Assembly (NCBI GenBank): GCA_964016885.1
Contig: OZ024745.1
Coordinates: forward strand, 101,928,001 to 101,992,000
DNA: 64,000 nucleotides
Origin: Eledone cirrhosa
Lineage: Eukaryota
Direction: 5' to 3'
Within the stretch, counting starts at the first letter, position 1. Every line of letters begins with the position of its first letter. The notes beneath the pieces are model-generated. The model was given only the letters and a program-made list of their open reading frames with translations. It was not told where the DNA came from and made no database searches. The position numbers and the translations under genes are program-made. Shown here piece by piece: positions 39,154 through 50,389 of the stretch.

Positions 39154-40452
39154 CAGGGTGTGGACGATATTTGTTTGCAATTTTCAACTGCTAATTTTAT
39201 GCAAATTTTTTTTACTTTCGTTGTCACTCTTGTCTTCATAAAAACAGTGACTATATTTCCATTATTTATTTTCAGAATAATTGATTATGAATAATTTTGA
39301 ATCTCCAAATTTGTGGAAGAGACACAGAGTTCTTCTTGGAATCCGTGCCGGGAGGACAAATAAGGAAAGTTCAGACTTTCCCAGCATCAGCAGGAGAATG
39401 GTGGAAAAGGTCAGAAATGAATAGGAAGATTCAGGATTCGACTACGAAGCAACATCAGAGAGGAAAACACATGATCGATGATCTGATGCCTTCAGAATGC
39501 CCAAGTTCGTCACTGAAGTTCAGGATATCATCAACAATAAACCTAGCAAGTTGATGCGTGCCATTGCAAGGGAGAAAGGCATGGATGAAAAACTCATTAG
39601 GCTGGTGGTACATAAGGCATTCTCTGCGTTTCATACAAGATGAGGAAAGGAAATTTCTGTCAAAGGCAATGCAAGAAAAGCGACATGCAAAGAAGCTGAT
39701 CAACATGTTGAAATGCCAACTAGAGCCAGACATGCTGTGGTTTTTCTCCTACGAGAAAAACTTGTGCCAAGACCAGAAGATCAACTCCCAGAACAACAGG
39801 TGGCTCGCTGTCTCATCCAAAGACGTGCCCAGAGTCATGCAGACAAAGTTTCCAGCGATAACATTGGTCTTAGGTGTCGTCAGCAGTCAAGGTGACGTCA
39901 TGCCACCTCACTTCTTCCCTGAGGGCCACAAGCTGAACACTGATGGCTACATCTGTGTTCTGAGCGAGATAGTAAAGCCCTGGATCGACCAGGTAGCTGA
40001 AAGGTAGGCTGTACGTGTGGCAGCAAGACTCAGCGCCCTGCCATACCAGCCGAAAACCCAAGTCTGGCTGTCAGAGAACTTCGTCGACCACACTTCACCT
40101 GACATCTGGCCTCCCAGCTCGCCTGACTGCAACCCCCTCGACTTCTTTGTGTGGGGCACAGTGGAACGAGACACCAACAGATCTAGCTGCAATACGAAAG
40201 ACGATCTGAAGGCCAGGATCACAAGTGCCTTTAGGGGCCTAAGTCGGGGGACAGTGACAAAGGCTTGTAGCTGGTTCCGAGGCCACCTTGAGGCCGTCAT
40301 CAAAGCCAATGGCGGCTTTATCGAGTGAGATCGAAAGAACAAGTCATGAAGACAAACTGACCCAAGTTTGATAAATAAATCTTAAAAAATAAAACTACTG
40401 TGTTATTTTTTCCTAGACAGTAATCTTGTGAACAAATATCGTCCGCACTCTG
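39154..40452 (+). mobile_element. Tc1/mariner DNA transposon, DD37D (maT) family, inactivated
   Basis: 22-bp TIRs CAGGGTGTGGACGATATTTGTT / AACAAATATCGTCCGCACTCTG (2 mismatches) flanked by TA. Motifs WFFSYEK (first D mutated), WQQDSAPCH and WPPSSPDCNPLDFFVWG; 37 residues between the 2nd and 3rd D after frameshift correction. Confidence 0.92.
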
Positions 40453-40750
40453 TATATCTATATATATAATATATATCATCATCATCATCATTTGAGTTGA
40501 CTATTCCACAGACATTGTGTACTTTTAATGTAATTCCTAAGCAGAGAATGACCATGACAGAATATCTGACAAGACTGGGCCATTGATTAACATGCATAAT
40601 TCATCCAACAGATGGATTTTACCTGTAATTGCATTTACTCACATGGCTTGGGTTGAGAGAGATACTTGCCTAAGATGGCAGGCAGTAGAATCGAACCTGG
40701 AACCTTATGATTGCAAAGCAAACTTCTTAACCACTCAACTATGCCTGCAT

Positions 40751-40793
<43 letters not shown>

Positions 40794-41200
40794 AACACAA
40801 ATCGGAATAGATTCAGTAAAAACCTGCTGGACCATTGCTCACCAGAGTACTCGATATTTGGTAATATAAAGGATTCGCGGCCCCCACAGCTGAGCTCCTG
40901 CTCTTTCAACAGCTATTTCCAAACGGGGTCCCAAATTCTTCATATATAAATATCTGTATATATATATATATATATATATATGTTATATACAAATTACTTG
41001 TACAGAACTACAAAATATATGAAATCATCAAGAATGTCTCATAAAGTTGGCCAGTATCGTTATTTATCGGTTTCTTTGAGATGAATGTTGAGAGAGGTAA
41101 AATAAGATAAAGATGCCTATACCAATGTATTGAGTACCTATTCTTAACTATATTCACATCACGATGCTTATCGTAAATCTACTTATATATATATATATAT

Positions 41201-41964
41201 ATCTATATCCAAAATTAAGATAAATTAAATGAATTTAATCTAAATCAAAATTATGGGTGTCATGCTGGAAAGGCATGCGCCATATCACCCGGAAAATAAG
41301 CTCTAAGATTCTAACAAGTAGGTCCGAGCATTTTATAATAACTAGAAATTGATTAACATATATATAAACATGAATAATCACAGGAGATGATTTTTACAAG
41401 TGTGTAACCACACATAGCTAGGTAGGTAACTAAATAAAGTTGACTAGAACTTCAAAATAGATACCTTATAATATGATTAACCTTCCCTGTATATATTCCA
41501 TTAAAGAAATATATTTCACCAATTAATCAGATGGTAAACCATGGAAGTGGAGATTTTGGATTTTCAACAAGGAAGAAAATATAACAGCTATCCGTGCTTA
41601 CACTTCAAGTTCAAATCTGCAACTGGCTACTACCACGTGTTGCATCTATTATAAATAAATACACATGCCACAGCAGCTTTGTCCCAGTGGCGTGAATAGG
41701 GTTATCGACAACTAGAAATAACAGTCGAGTCCTTTCAACAGAGTTAGCTCTACAATTAAGGAGCCGTATTTATATATCTATATCCAAAATTAAGATAAAT
41801 TAAATGAATTTAATCTAAATCAAAATTATGGGTGTCATGCCGGAAAGGCATGCGCCATATCACCCGGAAAATAAGCTCTAAGATTCTAACAAGTAGGTCC
41901 GAGCATTTTATAATAACTAGAAATTGATTATTCATGTTTATATATATGTTAATCAATTTCTAGT

Positions 41965-41970
<6 letters not shown>
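41201..41970. mobile_element. Element with the same direct + inverted architecture in (TA)n; no canonical hammerhead seen
   Basis: 155-bp direct repeats 41201-41355 and 41776-41930 (1 mismatch noticed); 41931-41970 is the reverse complement of 41335-41374. Confidence 0.7.
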
Positions 41971-42023
<53 letters not shown>

Positions 42024-42068
42024 CATATATGAAATATAAGAATCAAAGAACTGTTCAAAACATTATTG

Positions 42069-42115
42069 TGCTTACAGCTGTTTCCTCCAAACCGAGGTTT
42101 GGATTCTTCGGAGCA
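42069..42115 (-). ncRNA. Type I hammerhead motif, core variant CCGAAGA
   Basis: Minus strand: TGCT CCGAAGA a TCCAAAC ctcg GTTTGGA g GAAA CAGCTG TA^ AGCA; palindromic ACAGCTGT. Confidence 0.7.
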
Positions 42116-42584
42116 ATTTATTAATGCATGGACAGTTATATGACCTCCTTTTCAGCCGAGAGACATACCAATACATATTCAAACATTGATACATATTCAA
42201 ACATTGTGGGTCAACATTCATTACAGAATTTAGAGTGGCAGTACACACTTCGAGATTACATTTATATTAATAGGTACAATCAAAAATCAAAGATATAGGT
42301 TAAAGTACAACATGAAGATAAGTGGTTATATAGTGCAAATGTTATATGTGTGGCACGCATGTGCGTCTTGTTTATATAGTGTGGCAGAGAGATATGTGTG
42401 GTAGAGGCACTTAGGTAGGTAAATAAGAGTGTTAGGTTGGTAGATCTGGTGGCAAAGTCTTTATATGATTGATGTAGTCTGTGTGTGGAGAAATATTATA
42501 AGCATTAACATTTACAACTGCTTAAGGTTTTGTGTTTACATAACCATAAATAGTATAACTAATACTATATACATATATATATAT

Positions 42585-43248
42585 ATGGAAAAGAATGAAA
42601 CTAAATTTCATTTCTCACTCTTAGTACGGCTGATACCTAAATATAAGTATGTATACGTACATACATATATGTGTACAGACGTACAGTAGTATGTATATAT
42701 ATATATACATACATGGACACATATATATATATATGTACATATGGGTTTACCGAACATTTATTATAATGTTCGGTTTGTTTGTAAACAAACAGCCCGAATT
42801 ACGCCGTACAGTGTTCGGCAACCATCGGCGCCCTTTTGTTCAACACTGACACAGGAACGATGTACTAGTTTCAAGCTCATTAGCTATCATCAGCAACGGA
42901 TACCTTTCTGTCAGATGATTGAATGTTTGAAAGTATATACTTGCCTTATGCATATTAACGGCTGAGCAGCCTAATTTGCATATCGAGTGAGTTAGTCGGC
43001 CGGGCGCACCGAAAACGATAAATGGAAAAGAATGAAACAAAATTTCATTTCTCACTCTTAGTACGGCTGATACCTAAATATAAGTATGTATACGTACATA
43101 CATATATGTGTACAGACGTACAGTAGTATGTATATATATATACGTACATATATATATACATACGTACATATATATATGTGTGTGCATGTATGTATATATA
43201 TACATACTACTGTACGTCTGTACACATATATGTATGTACGTATACATA

Positions 43249-43255
<7 letters not shown>
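42585..43255 (-). mobile_element. Non-autonomous hammerhead-bearing Penelope-type/retrozyme-like element in (TA)n
   Basis: 437-bp period direct repeat (42585, 43022) plus an inverted segment at ~43190-43255; hammerhead at 42858-42898. Confidence 0.75.
42858..42898 (-). ncRNA. Type I hammerhead ribozyme motif
   Basis: Minus strand: CGtTG CTGATGA tAGCT aatg AGCTt GAAA CTAG TA^ CAtCG; palindromic ACTAGT; one mismatch in each of stems I and II. Confidence 0.75.
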
Positions 43256-43288
<33 letters not shown>

Positions 43289-43560
43289 AAAAACAATGGA
43301 GTTACATTTACATATATTTATGTTTTTATTGTGTATTGACCAGTAATTCACTGAGTCACATGCACTATATATATATATGTCTATCTATTTATTACTTTAG
43401 TCTGCATTCTATTTTCTACATTATTTCTATCGTGTCCTTCTGCTTTCCTTTATCCTTGCTACTCCTTCTCTTAAATTGGACACGCAAACCAAAATAATTA
43501 AATTATCATATTTTTTGTGGCTGGATAAAATTCTTTGTGATGTAGATTGCACTGATACTA

Positions 43561-43700
43561 ATTTCAAGTGTGTCATGCATTAGTTATGCCTCCACACTAC
43601 ACACCATTTCAAATGTGTCATGCATTAGTTATTCCTCCACACTACACACCATTTCAAATGTGTGATGCATTAGGTATGCCTACACACGACACAGTTTCAA
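43561..43700. repeat. 45-bp tandem repeat x3
   Basis: ATTTCAARTGTGTCATGCATTAGTTAT.CCTCCACACTACACACC at 43561, 43606 and 43651. Confidence 0.9.
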
Positions 43701-45399
43701 AATTGAAGGTAGTTTTCAAAAACTATAATTATAAAAATACAATTACTTAAGAGCAGGCATGGCTCTGTGTTTAAGGTGTTCACTTTGCAACCATGTTGTT
43801 TCAGATTAAATCCCACTGCATGGCACCATGGGCAAGTATCTTCTACTATAGCCTTGAGTTAACCAATGCTATGCAAATGAAATGTTGTAGATGGAAACAG
43901 TGTGGAAGCCCTTTGTGTATATATGTATATATGCATACATAGTCAAAAGGATTCTTTAGTTGTGTCAAAGAAATAACCTCCTCCCTAGGACCTGTGCATT
44001 GATGGAATGGACCCATTAAACTCTGTAGAGTGCAAGAATGTAAGAGAGATGTGACCTCTAGTCCATGGGAAGGAATGATCTGTGATGACCCATATAATCC
44101 TTCCTAGCACACAAAAAAAAAAACCAGTCATTAAAGGATGATGATGATGTGTGTGTGTGTGTTTGTGTCCATGTCTATGTTTACATCTACTGTTTGTTTA
44201 TGTACTATAACTTAGCTGTTTGACATAAAGAGATTTATGAAATAGATACTAGACTTGAAAAAATAGGTACTATGGTTGATATGATCAATTAAATCCCTTC
44301 TAGGTGATGTTCTAGCATGGCCACAGTCTAATGACTGAAACAAGTAAAATAATTTTTTTAAATTAAAACAAAGAATCTTATTATGAAGCCCCTATGTGGC
44401 CACTATATCTGTTAGATAGACCTAGCAAATCTCATTCAAATTTCATTTTCACCATTTTATGAAAAGACATCTCAAATAATATTGCTTTCAATAAACTTAA
44501 GCCTGGAATGCCTTTGGTTTACTAAATCAAAAGTTGGCTGGGGCTAAACAACAAAAAATATATGCAAACATGTCTAATAAATGAAGTGAATTGGCAGAAT
44601 CATTAAACTATAGAACAAAATGCCTTACTGCATTTGTTCTGACTCTTTGCACCCTGAGTTCAAATCCTGCGAAGATCAACCTTTTCTTTCATCGTTTTAG
44701 AGTTAATTAAAAAAGAAAGTACCATGGATTAGCGGAATTGCTAGAAGTATTAGAACAAATCCATTAGCCTATGAACTTCTTGAAATGTGCCCCCCCCCCC
44801 CCCCCCCCCACCATCACCACACACACACACCAAAATCTTAGATACCTTGGTGAAAAATTGTGACCTACAACTTGGAATACACATTATTACATTGACTTAT
44901 TATGCATATATATTTGATTATATATATATGTTACAATGTGTAATGGATGCTTTTTGTTGTGACACCTACACAACCACTTTATAGTGTGAACTGGGTACTT
45001 TTTGTCATGACCCCTACACAACCACTTTACAGACAGTAAATTAAATTCAAAATCTTTAGGTTTCTGTGAAATTCTTAAGAAACATACTTCAATATGTTTC
45101 TTATGAGTGTTCATATTTCTAATGAAAGACACTCTCTATAATTTCTCTAACCATAGTTTTACACCACCTATATCTAGCCACCCCATGTGATAAAAATGAA
45201 CAATAATACTAACTGGAATAATTTCTTTATATCCAGCTGGAATTTTCTCACCTCTTTCTGTACAAACTGGCTGCTCATTCTCATTCTCATTGTTCTCAAC
45301 ATAAATAAGATCAAAATCTCAGATTCATCATGTGAGGTTAAAGCTTTTACCATGAAAATATAATAGTAAATATAGAATAATGTAAATGCCAACGGGTTA

Positions 45400-45830
45400 A
45401 AGGTTCATGAAGTTGATAATTTGTATCATCTGCATGGACAACAGTATAATAGAGGAAGGGGGCAGTTTATAGGGGTATTTTTTATAGTCACCTTTTTTCG
45501 CACCATTAATTTTGACAGTTTTGTTTGAAGGTACATCAAATCTTAATGGTACTTCATCTACATTGCCATAGTTCATAATTTCATTCTTGGTACAGACAAC
45601 ACATTTGTGAACTGCCAGCATTTTTTCTGCATACTATTCAGGCATCTTCTGTGCAATTTTAGTTTTTACTCTCTCTATTTGTTATATGAAACAATACCAC
45701 ATCAAGATGAACATACAAAAATAATCTGCTGTTATATTTCACTTTTCTGCCATGCACCTCGTCTCATGCATTATGAGCTTTATCAATTGTGCATTCATAA
45801 TATTATAGTTTCCTTCAGCTGTGTGAGGAA
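45400..45830 (-). pseudogene. pogo/Tigger-like transposase remnant
   Basis: GNVDEVPLRFDVPSNKTVKINGAK resembles the pogo DDE first-aspartate motif. Confidence 0.6.
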
Positions 45831-47843
45831 TTTTTGTTCCTTAATGACAAAGTGCATGTTTATTTCATATATATATATTAGAACTACTTTAGACATGCTA
45901 ACACAGAAACATTTTTGTAATATAGGAAAACAATAAACAAACAAACATTACCATATAAAAAAGAACATATCAAGATTATTTTAGGTCTCAGGTCACTGGC
46001 TTCAGATCAATACAATAGTCACTATATAGGCTGCTCTAATGGTTTATTGATTTCACAGTATTATAGTTATAGATTTCATTAAAACATTGTTTTAAGAGTC
46101 AAATTACATTTATTTTCTCCCAGCTATCCTGCTTTTAAAGAAAAGATGAGATGGTCATGGATGGAATGCTTTTGATCATACATCATTTACAAATCTAATT
46201 AATTTAATAATTCTATTGTCAATATTTTTATCCGTTATGAATTTCACCTTATTTTTTGTTTATTAATAATTCAGAAATTTCAATGACCTTCCCCCTTCCC
46301 ATTTTTTGTCTATGGACCATTCCAGCTAACATAATCATCTGTCAGTTATTACTATGTTAAATCAAAGAGCCCTATATTTTGTGTATGCATAACAGTCATG
46401 ATATCAACCTAATTAGGTGTTATTGAGCTGTGTCCCTACACATCATTAGAAGCAAGTGAATTTAGCTTGATAATAATATAAAGCCATTATTCTAAGGGCA
46501 ATAATTGGCTATAATTGCTTCTTTAATCAATATCATCAAACTATCAGAAGCCATAGTTTATGGCAAAAACATTGTAGTGAATGGGACTTGCTTCAAGGAA
46601 ATGTTGGCATATCTAATCAGAATCAAGTGAAACCATATATATTCATTTTTATTTATTTATTAGCCTTATTTTATTTCGTTGATCTAAAGAAAGAAGAACA
46701 AACTGCATTTTTTTTCTGAATAATTTCTGTAAATTAAAATCTCAATCAAATAATAAAAGAACAACAAAATAATAAAGAAAGAAAGAAGGAAGGAAAGAAA
46801 GGGTTATCATGACTGGCCTGATCTGTTTTGGTATCTTATTTAACATGTTATAATTGTACACAAGTCTGTGTTTTATAAATTACTGAGATATTACTGTGAT
46901 GTATCACTGGCTACATAATCACAAGTTTGAATTTTGTTATAGCTTTTGTGTTGTTGGTGGTGGTGGTGGTGGTGGTGATGGGGTTTAACCCAAGGTTAAC
47001 AGGCCTATAACCAAATGCATTCCTGCTAAGACCATTATGTCTTTTTTTTTTTTTTTTGTATACAGTCAGTGATAGTGTATCTATGATTACACTATACCAT
47101 GTGTAATACCCTTCTTTGATGGAGTAGGGTTGTATATGAAAGATATTTAGCTACTTCTAGGTCAACTAAACCATGTAGAGTAGAGATTTCCTCATTGGTT
47201 TGAGCCATTGTGCTTTCATTATGAAAATTGCATCTATTCTACCTAGCTCTATGATATAGGTAATTCATATTTTTACTCCTTCCATATATTTTTACTTATT
47301 GCTTTTCAGTATTATTTCATTTCTGTATAAACACTGTTTTATCCCAAGAGATGTAAGGACGTCTCATTCTCTTCCATTAAACATTTTCATTATGGTATGT
47401 CATATGCTGTCAACATCTTGTACAAGTAGAATTGAATGGCTTATATCACACATTTACTTCAATTGTTTCTTATTATGAGATTCAGATTTTGTGAATTTCT
47501 GAGGTTAAATGTTCTACCTTTGGCCCATGCATTGGAAGAAACATACTGCTATAATCAGCAGAGAGTGTATGTTAATTTAATATTGAAGACAGGATCCAAA
47601 GTTTTTGTGAATTAATAAATGCAATTTATTTTAGCTTCTAGTCAGTGAAATGACAGTATTATTGAAAGAAAATATTTGAAACGTGAAAACAAAATTCTTT
47701 TTGTCTGACTGTTTTATGGAGAATGTAGCTCTTTATCCACTTCAATTTCTGAAGACTTAGTGTCTTCTGAAAGAAGAAAGTTGGTTTTGTTAACATAGCT
47801 TTTTATAATGTATCCTTTATCTGTCTACAGCTTTTTTCTTTCA

Positions 47844-48753
47844 AATGTCCACCTTCCCTGATGTTTAGGTACTTGATGTATCTCAGGTTCAGCAGAGTAC
47901 CAGTGATCAGGTTGTAGGTCTATCATGTTCACTTCCCCCTGTGTTTAGGTACTTGATGTATCTCTGGTACAGCAGAGTACTAGTGATAAGGTTGTAGGTC
48001 TACCATGTTCACTTCCCCCTGTGTTTAGGTACTTGATGTATCTCAGGTTCAGCAGAGTACCAGTGATCAGGTTGTAGGTCTATCATGTTCACTTCCCCCT
48101 GTGTTTAGGTACTTGATGTATCTCTGGTACAGCAGAGTACTAGTGATAAGGTTATAGGTCTACCATGTTCACTTCCCCCTGTGTTTAGGTACTTGATGTA
48201 TCTCTGGTACAGCAGAGTACCAGTGATCAGGTTGTAGGTCTATCATGTTCACTTCCCCCTGTGTTTAGGTACTTGATGTATCTCTGGTACAGCAGAGTAC
48301 TAGTGATAAGGTTATAGGTCTACCATGTTCACTTCCCCCTGTGTTTAGGTACTTGATGTATCTCTGGTACAGCAGAGTACCAGTGATCAGGTTGTAGGTC
48401 TATCATGTCCACCTTCCCTGATGTTTAGGTACTTGATGTATCTCTGGTACAGCAGAGTACTAGTGATAAGGTTGTAGGTCTACCATGTTCACTTCCCCCT
48501 GTGTTTAGGTACTTGATGTATCTCTGGTACAGCAGAGTACTAGTGATAAGGTTGTAGGTCTATCATGTTCACTTCCCCCTGTGTTTAGGTACTTGATGTA
48601 TCTCTGGTACAGCAGAGTACTAGTGATAAGGTTGTAGGTCTACCATGTTCACTTCCCCCTGTGTTTAGGTACTTGATGTATCTCTGGTACAGCAGAGTAC
48701 TAGTGATAAGGTTATAGGTCTACCATGTTCACTTCCCCTAGTGTTTAGGTACT
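47844..48753. repeat. 80-bp minisatellite, ~11.3 copies
   Basis: TGTTTAGGTACTT recurs every 80 bp (47862, 47942, 48022 ... 48662, then ~48743). Confidence 0.97.
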
Positions 48754-48789
48754 TTACCAAGAAAGGATCACTTGTGATAAATGAGTTGG

Positions 48790-49246
48790 TGTGTTGTCTT
48801 GTTGTAGCTGCCAGTTTTGCAAAGCCCCCAGATCCAACATCACAAAGATGTCAGAGGTCTTGCTGTTAGTACTCCTTGATAACAGCTTGTTCTTCTGGTG
48901 AATATTCATGATTCATAATGCCTCAGTAATGAAAGCAGTCAGCATCACCTTGAATTTGCTCCAGACCTGATATGCTTTTTGGAGCCTTGGTGATACTGAA
49001 AGCTTCCACTGTTATGACTGTACTTTGGTTTCCAGGTCATACATGTACACCTAAGTTTTATTTCAGGCTCTTTGTTGGGAGTATCAGATGAAATGAAAAT
49101 TCTGGCTGACTGACACCAACTGACACATCCTGTGAGCTATAAATGCACATAAATGCTTGCAGCTCTGCTCTACTCAGTTGTTTCCCTAACATCATTACTT
49201 TGCATGGAAAAATATGAAGTTGAATATTTTTTCAATAGACCTCATA
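48790..49246 (-). pseudogene. mariner transposase remnant with one TIR
   Basis: Minus-strand YDLETKVQS..W, SPR..KAYQVWSKFKVMLTAF; TIR-like TATGAGGTCTATTGAAAAA at the right end. Confidence 0.65.
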
Positions 49247-49249
49247 TCA

Positions 49250-49680
49250 CCATTGTTTAATATCCATTTTCCACACTAACATGGGTTAGATGGATTGTTC
49301 CATTAGAGGTAAGTTGGGTCAGCTGACCGTGTCTTGCTCATATCAACCTGTTTCTGGCTAGGTTTCTATGGCTGTATGCCTTATCTAACACCAACCACAT
49401 TTACAGTGTGTGCTGAGTGCTTTTTGTCATGAGTCCTACACGACCACTTTACAGTGTGGGGTGGGTGCTTTTTGTCGTGACTCCTACACGACCACTTTAC
49501 AGTGTGGGTTGGGTGTTTTTTGTTGTGACACCTACATGACCACTTTAGTGTGTGGGCTGGGTGCTTTTTGTTGTGACTCCTACTCGACCATTTTAGAATG
49601 TGGGTTGGTTGCTTTTTGTCCTGACATCTACACAACCACTTTACAGTGTGGACTGGGTGCTTTTTATTATGAGATCCACA
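49250..49680 (-). mobile_element. SINE family B variant with expanded ~47-bp internal repeat
   Basis: About 6 copies of CACTTTACAGTGTGGGYTGGGTGCTTTTTGTYGTGACWCCTACACGAC following the tail region. Confidence 0.75.
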
Positions 49681-50389
49681 ATGTCTGTGTATGTTTGGGT
49701 GAGTGAGTGTGTATACAATGGATTCCCACACAGTGTCTGTCTAGCAAATTTCAGTTACAAGGCATCGACCAACCTAGAGCTTTAATAGAAGATGCTTTCA
49801 CAAAGTGTTACGCAGTTGGACTGAACCTGAACCCATATGGTTATGAAACACTCTTCTTAACCACATCAACATTTCTGTGCCTATAATAGTTTATTTTTAG
49901 ACGCCTTTTTTTTTCTTTCAAATATTTCCTCATTCCAAGTTTGAAGATTTGGATATAGTTTAAAAAAACAGCTATTAAAATAATACAGCTGGTTAAAAAG
50001 TCTACTGTAGTTGCTTTATTTCTAAATTAAAAAAATTATGTATAAATTTACTAGAAAACGGTTTTAGTATCAAGTTTTTAGGTATCAGGTTTGTAAAATA
50101 ACATAATGATAACAATAATAACAATAATATTACTACTACTAATAACAATAATAATGCTTTCTTTATTAACCACAAGGGTTTACACAAAGTAGACATTAAG
50201 GACAGTACAGGACAATACAGGACGGTACAAATTGGCATTTCTGCATGTAAAAAAACAAAAAACAGGATATAACAAAAAAAGGAACAATGAAAAATTCCCC
50301 AATAGTGGGGGGAGACTTCCGAGGGCCATCGTGGAGAAAGCCCATTAAAAAAAGCCACGGTGACCCTGACCACCAGGGCAAGTGCCCTC

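Noticed and set aside
47844-48753. CRISPR-like regular array
   Set aside because: No unique spacers, no cas genes, eukaryotic context; it is a plain minisatellite.
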